From: an uncultured bacterium
GTDB lineage: Bacteria; Fidelibacterota; Marinisomatia; Marinisomatales; Marinisomataceae
NCBI GenBank assembly: GCA_905182795.1
Contig: CAJJCZ010000004.1
Span: 68,506-132,505 of the forward strand
DNA: 64,000 bases
Direction of reading: 5' to 3'
The translations under genes were made by a program, and so were the position numbers. Positions 10,019 through 17,240 of this stretch are shown here, piece after piece. The notes under the pieces were generated by a model. It worked only from the letters and a program-made list of their open reading frames with translations, was not told the DNA's origin and ran no database searches. The first letter of the stretch is position 1. Every line of letters begins with the position of its first letter.

Positions 10019-10278
10019 TATTTCTCCTCAACTTTTTTTGACTCTGTAATAATCGATTGATAGATATGCTTTAAGAAGTCTCCTTCTATTGCTGAAAATT
10101 TGGCATCAATTCTTGCATAAATTCTATCTTCTCTATTTTGATCTAATACCGGCAGTCCTTCTTGTTTTTTAATATATCCAATGGTTGTCACGGCATCTAA
10201 TCTATCAATTAACAAATCAAATACTTGGTTATCAATTGTATCAATTCTGTCTCTATTTTTTTCTATGTCTTTATTCAT
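10018..10278 (-). CDS. Monofunctional AroQ-class chorismate mutase
   Basis: RDRIDTIDNQVFDLL..R...IGYIK, DQNRE. GGAGG lies inside the track's MEVM codons, so the real start is probably ATG 10278 (or 10281). Confidence 0.88.
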   Translation of the reverse strand: MNKDIEKNRDRIDTIDNQVFDLLIDRLDAVTTIGYIKKQEGLPVLDQNREDRIYARIDAKFSAIEGDFLKHIYQSIITESKKVEEK

Positions 10279-10294
10279 CATTACCTCCATATAA

Positions 10295-10324
10295 CAAAAA
10301 ACCCTAGCGAGTTATGCTAGGGTT
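10295..10324 (-). terminator. Intrinsic terminator of the aro attenuator
   Basis: Minus strand AACCCTAGC-ATAACTC-GCTAGGGTT-TTTTG: 9-bp stem, 7-nt loop, U tract. It lies between the leader ORF and the first aro gene. Confidence 0.9.
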
Positions 10325-10351
10325 CGTGTAGTTTTTTATATAGTCCTATTA

Positions 10352-10408
10352 TTAGGCCTCTACAGTCTCCCTGCTTCTAAAATAATAATAGTCGAAAAAG
10401 TTCTTCAT
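10352..10408 (-). CDS. Phe/Tyr-rich leader peptide MKNFFDYYYFRSRETVEA
   Basis: ATG AAG AAC TTT TTC GAC TAT TAT TAT TTT AGA AGC AGG GAG ACT GTA GAG GCC TAA; 6 of 7 consecutive codons are Phe/Tyr; directly 5' of the terminator and aro operon. Confidence 0.85.
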   Translation of the reverse strand: MKNFFDYYYFRSRETVEA

Positions 10409-10415
10409 TTTATAG

Positions 10416-10445
10416 AGTTTAAACATAGGTGAATACAGTTAGCAA
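10416..10445 (-). promoter_or_regulatory. Putative sigma70 promoter of the aro leader
   Basis: TTGCTA-N18-TAAACT, 7 nt before the leader ATG; no SD seen. Confidence 0.45.
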
Positions 10446-10455
10446 GATAAATTAA

Positions 10456-12876
10456 TTATTTCACAAAAATCAATTTGCGCATTCTATTATCTGCTCTAAT
10501 AGCAGACTCTGAGAATTTAAATGACTTAAACTCTCCTTTGTTATAAAGAGATGTTTGATCAGTGTAATGCGGTGATTTGAATACACCAGATTGGCCTGTT
10601 GGAAGAATACTTAAACCGTTATCAAAATTAGAAAAGTCAATAACTCTTCTCATAGAAGATCCTGCTCTGACATCAAATGGATCACTAACGGAATAACTAG
10701 CAGCTCTTGGTGTCATTCCAGATCCAGCCATTGGAAAAGGACCTGTACTGAAATTAATAAATCTTTTTACTAATGGATCTCTATCCAATCGATGACGATA
10801 AGTGACTTGATGCACGTCTCCCCATGTCAAGTCTCTAGGGTTGCCATAACTTTTAGTTAGAAAGTCATGCGCATCTTCAAAAGACTGATTAACAATATCA
10901 TTCAACGTTTCTTTTTCACTTGATGAAACATTATCTATCCATAAGGTCGCCTTTCCATCAAAAATACTACGAATAGCTAACGAACGGATATATTTTAAGC
11001 TATAAAAAGTATCAAAAGAATCACTACCAAAACTTTGCAATTCATCTTGAAACAAATTTTGGACCAACTGAATGTAGATAGCATGAAAAACTACGGTAGC
11101 ATTTGAGTCTAGAGACTCAACGCCATCCCATCCATTTAAGATATTATACATTTCATCTCCCTTAGCAGAAAAACCTTCAGTATAATTGTTATAGAATAAT
11201 TTTGAGTACTCTTGAGCAAATGGTGACGTAATCTCATTCAAAATAGATTTCATATCTTCCACTCCTAACTTAGAATCCACTCTTAGTCTTCTATCAATTT
11301 GCTCTCCTCTACTAGGATCTGCCCAATATCGAGAAATATAATAAGGGTAGTCGTCATCGATTGTTTTGTTATTACCATTCGATATATATCCTTTTTCAGG
11401 ATTATATACATATGGCATCTCATCAAAAGGAACATATCCTTTCCAATCATGCTTACTTGTACTGCCATCAAAAGGTATTAATTGTTCTGCTCCCAATCTA
11501 ATTGGGATTTTAGCATTAGGTCTCCATCCAATATTTCCATTTTTATCTGCATAGGTCCAATTTTGTCCAGGCGCTCCAAATAATTTAGATGCTTCTGAAA
11601 ATTCATCCCAATTGGTTGCCTGAGCTAGCTTAAATAAAGCCGTTGTCTCATCAAATGCATCGAACTCAGTCCACTGAAAAGAAATGGCTTTGCTTCCCCC
11701 TTTGGCATCAGGATGAATATCGCTCACAATAGGGCCTCGATGAGTAGATCTAATGGTTATAGTTTTGGTATTACCAGACTTTAGATACAGTACTTCTTCT
11801 TCAATCTTTAAATCTTTCCATTCTCCATCAAGCATATACTGCGTTTTATCATCATTTAATGTTTCAATATAAAAATCCATGTCATCCGTCATCACATTGG
11901 TAAAACCCCAACCAATATGATCGTTATGCCCTATAACAGGCAATGGGAATCCGTAGAGACCATACCCTCCAAAATTATAATTATCGCTCTTTAGTCTAAT
12001 CTCATACCACCAGGGAGGCTGACCATAGCTCAAATGAGGATCATTCGCTAAAAGTGGGAGCCCTGTATCAGTTTTACTTCCTGAAACTACCCATGCATTC
12101 GATCCATATCCATCTCTGTCTGTTTTAAGTATTTCTCTAATTCTTTTGGTATCGCTGGCAAAATCTTGATAACTCTTTAGCAAGACATCGTTTGAAGCAA
12201 TGGTAATAAAATTATCATCATAAGCTGGTAAGATTTCGTTTAAATATTCTGAACCTAATTGTTCATTCACAGCACCAAAAAATAGCTCTGAATCCCATCC
12301 ACCCTGCAATTCCCATGCCATCATTGTTGACAAGGCAACTATATCTAGTGGTCTAAAAGTTGGTAATTTTTCTATACCTAAAAGCTTAAATTCTAACGGA
12401 TAATCTGACGGAGATAGGGTTTCCACATAAGTATTAATACCAAAACATGTATCTTCGAGATGTTGTAACGTTTGAGCTGGAATTGTCGCTAAACTCTTTT
12501 GAGCAATTTTTTCAAATCCTAGTGTACGTAAAAATTTGTCTTCTCGAAACAGTGAGTCATTGAGCACTAAGCTAAGTTCGCCTTTATATGCATATGTCAT
12601 AAATGCCATTTGGAACAGTCGATCTCTAGCTCCTACATACCCAGCCACTTTAAACATATCAGAATCATTTGAAGCAAAAATACTTGGGACACCATACTCA
12701 TCAAAATAGACATCAACGGTATCTTGAATATCTAAATTACTAATTTCTCCCTCGTAAGGAATATCAGTAGGCTTTAAAAAAGACTTGACTGAAAAACCAA
12801 TAAAAGCAACCGTAATAAAAACAGCTATTGGTAAATACCTACTTAATAAAATGAATGTTTTAGATTGTTTCCCCAC
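10456..12876 (-). CDS. Penicillin acylase family Ntn hydrolase (peptidase S45)
   Basis: N-terminal TM anchor, DEYGVPSI, GSNAWVV nucleophile, ANDPHL; GTG start. Confidence 0.93.
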   Translation of the reverse strand: MGKQSKTFILLSRYLPIAVFITVAFIGFSVKSFLKPTDIPYEGEISNLDIQDTVDVYFDEYGVPSIFASNDSDMFKVAGYVGARDRLFQMAFMTYAYKGELSLVLNDSLFREDKFLRTLGFEKIAQKSLATIPAQTLQHLEDTCFGINTYVETLSPSDYPLEFKLLGIEKLPTFRPLDIVALSTMMAWELQGGWDSELFFGAVNEQLGSEYLNEILPAYDDNFITIASNDVLLKSYQDFASDTKRIREILKTDRDGYGSNAWVVSGSKTDTGLPLLANDPHLSYGQPPWWYEIRLKSDNYNFGGYGLYGFPLPVIGHNDHIGWGFTNVMTDDMDFYIETLNDDKTQYMLDGEWKDLKIEEEVLYLKSGNTKTITIRSTHRGPIVSDIHPDAKGGSKAISFQWTEFDAFDETTALFKLAQATNWDEFSEASKLFGAPGQNWTYADKNGNIGWRPNAKIPIRLGAEQLIPFDGSTSKHDWKGYVPFDEMPYVYNPEKGYISNGNNKTIDDDYPYYISRYWADPSRGEQIDRRLRVDSKLGVEDMKSILNEITSPFAQEYSKLFYNNYTEGFSAKGDEMYNILNGWDGVESLDSNATVVFHAIYIQLVQNLFQDELQSFGSDSFDTFYSLKYIRSLAIRSIFDGKATLWIDNVSSSEKETLNDIVNQSFEDAHDFLTKSYGNPRDLTWGDVHQVTYRHRLDRDPLVKRFINFSTGPFPMAGSGMTPRAASYSVSDPFDVRAGSSMRRVIDFSNFDNGLSILPTGQSGVFKSPHYTDQTSLYNKGEFKSFKFSESAIRADNRMRKLIFVK

Positions 12877-12919
12877 ATAATAACTTAAATATTATTCTTT
12901 TATATAATTAGTAAAAAAA

Positions 12920-13915
12920 CTAGAGTTGTAGATATTTAGTAAAAAATTCTGCCGAAAATTTGAATGATGCTTCACGTGCTTCAGTATTTCCTCCCATACT
13001 AGGACCTCGATCAGCACAGGTTAATAATGCTAACTTTTGTCTTAGAGGTGTATTGATAGGTATTTGCCAATATTCACTCAACCAGAGCGTTCCTTCTCCA
13101 TTCATTGGAAAGCGACAATCACCTAATGTATATCCATCTTCGCTCACTGTAACTTCCGATACTCTATCGAAAGAATGATGCGCATTTTTATAAATCGTAA
13201 TATCAATATTAATTGGAAGTTCGCTCGCATACATTTTATCTATCAATTCAGTGCAGGCTTCTGCAGGTACCCAATTATCTAGTTCTCCAATAAGAATATG
13301 AATCGGAGCTGTACTGAATTGCATATTTTCGCTTGGATATGGATATGCCATACATGGTGGGTAAACGGGCAAATGGGCAGCAAACATAAACTCTCCGCCA
13401 TTAATTGCATCAATCAATGGGAGCCACGCGGAGTATAACGATACTCCCCCTCCAAGACTCCACCCTGTAATCCCTGCACGATTAGTATCAATATTGGGAT
13501 GGGTGCTAAGTGTCTCTAAAGCGCGATAACTATCTAAGATAACCATAGCTGTTGTCACTTCTGTCTGAGTACCAACTGTTGATTGGATATCACGACTATC
13601 AAAACTTTGTAATTGAAAAGTTGCAAACCCCATTTCTTGAAACATTTTTAAGTATTTTAGATGATGAGTACCCCAATTTAGACTTCCTGCTACTCCTATA
13701 ATTAAAGGATACTTGATATTTGGATCAAAGTCTTCAGGTAGTGTTAAGATACCTGAAACATCTTGAACAGGCTCATTGTCTAAGTTCATAATAATCTCTT
13801 GAAAAGAGAATGGATTTGCACTTTTAAAAGTGACGACTTCTTGATTCCATATAAGATCTTGTCCAAACAGATAGGAAGATCCTATAACAGCAATAACATA
13901 TATATATAATTTCAT
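12920..13915 (-). CDS. Secreted dienelactone-hydrolase-like alpha/beta hydrolase
   Basis: Signal peptide, GWSLGG nucleophile elbow, GELDNW, AHHSFD. Confidence 0.8.
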   Translation of the reverse strand: MKLYIYVIAVIGSSYLFGQDLIWNQEVVTFKSANPFSFQEIIMNLDNEPVQDVSGILTLPEDFDPNIKYPLIIGVAGSLNWGTHHLKYLKMFQEMGFATFQLQSFDSRDIQSTVGTQTEVTTAMVILDSYRALETLSTHPNIDTNRAGITGWSLGGGVSLYSAWLPLIDAINGGEFMFAAHLPVYPPCMAYPYPSENMQFSTAPIHILIGELDNWVPAEACTELIDKMYASELPINIDITIYKNAHHSFDRVSEVTVSEDGYTLGDCRFPMNGEGTLWLSEYWQIPINTPLRQKLALLTCADRGPSMGGNTEAREASFKFSAEFFTKYLQL

Positions 13916-14406
13916 TTTTTCTCCAAAAGTTGTAAATAAGATTTAAATAAAAGGCCTCCGCCTCCACTATAACCAACCAATTCACCACTACTACCTACTA
14001 CCCTATGACAAGGAATAATAATAGGAATACGATTAGAACCGCTGGCTCTTCCAACTGCTCGTGCAGCTTTGGGTTTTTTGATCTTTTCTGCTACTTGTTT
14101 ATAGCTTTTTGTTTTACCATAAGGAATTTTAGAAATCTCCTCTAAAACACTTTTCGTAAAATCACTAGCCTCAACATGCAATGGAATATCAAATTTCTTT
14201 AATTTTCTTTTAAAATAGTGATTCAATTGACTTTGTATATCTTTTGCAAACTTAGAAGGCTTTCCTTCGTTTATCTTTAATGATAGCTGAGGATTAATTA
14301 GATCATTTTTCTGATCAGAGAAAGTCAATCTATATAAAGTATCATCTATATAGGATATTTTGAAGTAAAAATGTAACTGATCAACTTGAAATATTTTATG
14401 GTCCAT
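13912..14406 (-). CDS. ogt: Methylated-DNA--protein-cysteine methyltransferase
   Basis: IPYGKTKSY, ARAVG, PCHRV active site. ATG 14406 preferred because the track start overlaps ybjQ by 47 nt. Confidence 0.92.
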   Translation of the reverse strand: MDHKIFQVDQLHFYFKISYIDDTLYRLTFSDQKNDLINPQLSLKINEGKPSKFAKDIQSQLNHYFKRKLKKFDIPLHVEASDFTKSVLEEISKIPYGKTKSYKQVAEKIKKPKAARAVGRASGSNRIPIIIPCHRVVGSSGELVGYSGGGGLLFKSYLQLLEKK

Positions 14407-14413
14407 AAGATTC

Positions 14414-14728
14414 TTATGATAGCCTAACAGCGGTACCATAGATAAAGATTTCAGATGCACCCGCTTGTAGCATAGATGTAGTAAATCTTATACAAACAAT
14501 CGCGTCTGCATTTAATTCTTCCGCTTGAGACTTCATTCTATCCATCGCTTGTTCTCTTGATTCGGCCATCAACTTTGAATATTCTTTAATTTCTCCTCCA
14601 ACGATATTTCTCAATCCAGCTATAATATCTTTTCCTATATGCCTTGCTCTAATTGATTGACCGCTAACAACTCCCAATACTTCGGCTATATTTCTATTTT
14701 CAACTTTCTCTTGTGTGGTAATAATCAT
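14414..14728 (-). CDS. YbjQ/UPF0145 family protein
   Basis: RARHIGKDIIAGLRNIVGGE, ADAIVCIRF, YGTAV. Confidence 0.92.
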   Translation of the reverse strand: MIITTQEKVENRNIAEVLGVVSGQSIRARHIGKDIIAGLRNIVGGEIKEYSKLMAESREQAMDRMKSQAEELNADAIVCIRFTTSMLQAGASEIFIYGTAVRLS

Positions 14729-14928
14729 TTGTGAATCTCCTTAGAATAGTAATCATCTTCTTTATTATTTAATCTTTCTTTTATGACTTTGATAAGGAGT
14801 ACAAATAGTCCACTATATACTAGGAGTATTAATATACCTTCGGGGTAAAAATTTTGGATTTCTTGTAAGGCTAGATATAAAGTAAGAAGGTAAAAAGCTG
14901 TAAGTAATATGTATCCTATTTTTTCCAT
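14725..14928 (-). CDS. Small two-TM membrane protein
   Basis: Two hydrophobic segments; 4-nt overlap with ybjQ; ATG 14928 preferred over the track TTG at 14949. Confidence 0.6.
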   Translation of the reverse strand: MEKIGYILLTAFYLLTLYLALQEIQNFYPEGILILLVYSGLFVLLIKVIKERLNNKEDDYYSKEIHK

Positions 14929-14993
14929 ATTTAGAAGATGTTTTAACAAATTTAACTAGTTTTTTAGAATAAACTACAATATTATCAATCACT

Positions 14994-15611
14994 ATGAGCA
15001 AAAAAAACTTATACTTAATTATAGGCTTAATGGTTATTGCTCTTTCTTATTTATCTTACGAACAATACAAGCTAAATAAAGAACTTGACGAATGGAAAGG
15101 TTACTATAAATCAGTAGCTATTTCGTATGTGCAAGAAATAATGGAAGCGCCAGAACTAAAGGCGCCAACTCTAGAAGAGATGGGTACAACTTTAGTTGAT
15201 TTCGATGCAAATTTATTACAATTCGAAGATTTGGAAGGATCTCAATTCTCTTTACGTGATTTTAGGGGCAAAATATTATTTATTAACTATTGGGCAACTT
15301 GGTGCAATCCTTGCTTGGCAGAAATGCCATCAATGGTTGAATTGTATAATCAGTATAAAGATAATAAGGATATTGTTTTCTTATACTTATCCAAGGAAGA
15401 TAAAAACACTATTATTGACTACATACCTAAAGATGAAGCTTTGGCACAATTACCACTATATAAGATAATTAGTGACGATGAACTATTTAGTACTCGCGGC
15501 ATTCCGACTACATTTATAATAGATACTTCAGGTGAAATAATAGTAAAAGATGTAGGCTCTGCAACATGGAATGATCAATCTGTAATAGATTATCTTAATG
15601 ATGTACTATAA
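14994..15611 (+). CDS. TlpA-family membrane-anchored thiol-disulfide oxidoreductase
   Basis: N-terminal TM, NYWATWCNPC (CxxC), GIPTTFIID cis-Pro loop. Confidence 0.9.
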   Translation: MSKKNLYLIIGLMVIALSYLSYEQYKLNKELDEWKGYYKSVAISYVQEIMEAPELKAPTLEEMGTTLVDFDANLLQFEDLEGSQFSLRDFRGKILFINYWATWCNPCLAEMPSMVELYNQYKDNKDIVFLYLSKEDKNTIIDYIPKDEALAQLPLYKIISDDELFSTRGIPTTFIIDTSGEIIVKDVGSATWNDQSVIDYLNDVL

Positions 15612-15616
15612 ATAAT

Positions 15617-17239
15617 ATGAAGCAAAATATTATTATTAAAACAGATAAAAATTTTCCTTATTTAGGAGAAGGAATTAGCTTTAATGAAACATGCTTCAAT
15701 CTAAAATTTGATTCATCTATAATACAAAAAACATCTGAATTAATTTGGCAACCTAATTCAACATTGCCTTACAGTACACTAAAGCCTCTACCGCACCCTT
15801 TTTCTAGTATTAGCGACCTTGCAAGTGAGATGGCTGTACATAATCATGGAAAAACTGGTCTTATTGGTAAGAAACAATTACTAGATGAAGTTCTCCTATT
15901 AGATGATAGCTTAATGGATCATTTTATATTACATGTCAAGAAACACATTGACGAACCTACTAGAGAGTCTGCGCAACTTATTGCAGACATCAGATGTTGG
16001 ACTTCTTGGTTAGCAAACGGTATTAAAATTGAACCAATTTTTAATGGAGAGAAAAAAGCATGCTCTTTTATCCCTTGGCCACTATCTGGATTATTATTAT
16101 TGTCATCAAGAATTACAGGACAACAAGCTGAATTTGAATATGCTGCAGATTATGTTTTACGATCAGGGATATTACCAGAATATACCTTAGATAACTTTGA
16201 TAATATGAAAGATAGTATTGATTATATTAGATCAATTAAGCCTGTAGTCTCATTCCATGATTTTGATGGAAATGAGCAAGGATTTAGAATGACACACCTC
16301 GCAATGGAACGAACATCAAACATGATGATTCAAAATTCACTAGATGCTATTGATGGAAAAGATATATCTGACAATCTCGAAAAAATAGAAATGGCTTTAA
16401 AGCAATCAAATCAGCTTTTTAATTGTATGTGGAATGTGAGCGAACCACTTCTTTACAATAAGGAAGTACGTATCTTTATTCAAGGACTCTATGGAAATCA
16501 AGGAAGTATTTATGCTGATAAAGGTTTGTTCTTTGAAGGATGTGGAGAGACCCATAGTAAAACATATGATAAAAAGGGTCTTTATATTGGAAAGCTTCAT
16601 GGACAAACTGGCGCTAATAGCTCTTATCACCCCATTGCAGACGAAATAACTGGAGTAGGTGCACATACTAATGCATATGTATGCGATTGTGAGATAGATG
16701 CATGTATTATTGAGAATATTCTAAGTAAAGGATTTATAGCAGATGAAGACTTGCCACATAATTGTGAAATTGATTCACTTACCAAGCTTCTCAAATCATT
16801 TAGAGTGGGCTATAGACCTCCTGCACATCATGCAATGATTGTAAAAACTCGAGAAAAGCTACAAAACTCCTCCTACTTTAATAGAATTGAATCAGATCCA
16901 AATTTAAAGAAGAGTCTTGCTAGTTCTGTTCGATGGATTATTCAACATCGTATAGATCACTATAAAATGGTTGTTGGATATATTCTAAGAGCACCCGATC
17001 CATACAAACATCAAACAAAAGCTAAAGGTACAGGTGGATCCCCTACACCGTCATTCCTTCCAAAAATGTTTACTAATACTATTGATAGATTAAACGAGTT
17101 GGTGGGAGATGCTGACATAGCTTGGGCAGATGAATTAATTGATATTACGAATGGACACAAAGATTCTATGGAGCAGTTTAAAAAGATTGCGCTACAAGCT
17201 GAAAAAAAGGATCACCAAAAAAATCAATCTCTATCGTAG
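15617..17239 (+). CDS. Indoleamine 2,3-dioxygenase (IDO)-family heme protein
   Basis: Ordered IDO-like motifs: FEYAADYVL, GFRMTHLAME, EVRIFIQG, GQTGANSS, YRPPAH, HRIDHYKMVVGYI (proximal His), GTGGS..FL. Confidence 0.8.
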   Translation: MKQNIIIKTDKNFPYLGEGISFNETCFNLKFDSSIIQKTSELIWQPNSTLPYSTLKPLPHPFSSISDLASEMAVHNHGKTGLIGKKQLLDEVLLLDDSLMDHFILHVKKHIDEPTRESAQLIADIRCWTSWLANGIKIEPIFNGEKKACSFIPWPLSGLLLLSSRITGQQAEFEYAADYVLRSGILPEYTLDNFDNMKDSIDYIRSIKPVVSFHDFDGNEQGFRMTHLAMERTSNMMIQNSLDAIDGKDISDNLEKIEMALKQSNQLFNCMWNVSEPLLYNKEVRIFIQGLYGNQGSIYADKGLFFEGCGETHSKTYDKKGLYIGKLHGQTGANSSYHPIADEITGVGAHTNAYVCDCEIDACIIENILSKGFIADEDLPHNCEIDSLTKLLKSFRVGYRPPAHHAMIVKTREKLQNSSYFNRIESDPNLKKSLASSVRWIIQHRIDHYKMVVGYILRAPDPYKHQTKAKGTGGSPTPSFLPKMFTNTIDRLNELVGDADIAWADELIDITNGHKDSMEQFKKIALQAEKKDHQKNQSLS

Positions 17240-17240
17240 C

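Noticed and set aside
10279-10290. Track start MEVM for chorismate mutase, and similar extended starts for ogt, rpsT, the NSS transporter and the PPIase
   Set aside because: The extensions contain the SD or -10 box or overlap upstream genes; shorter starts were used.
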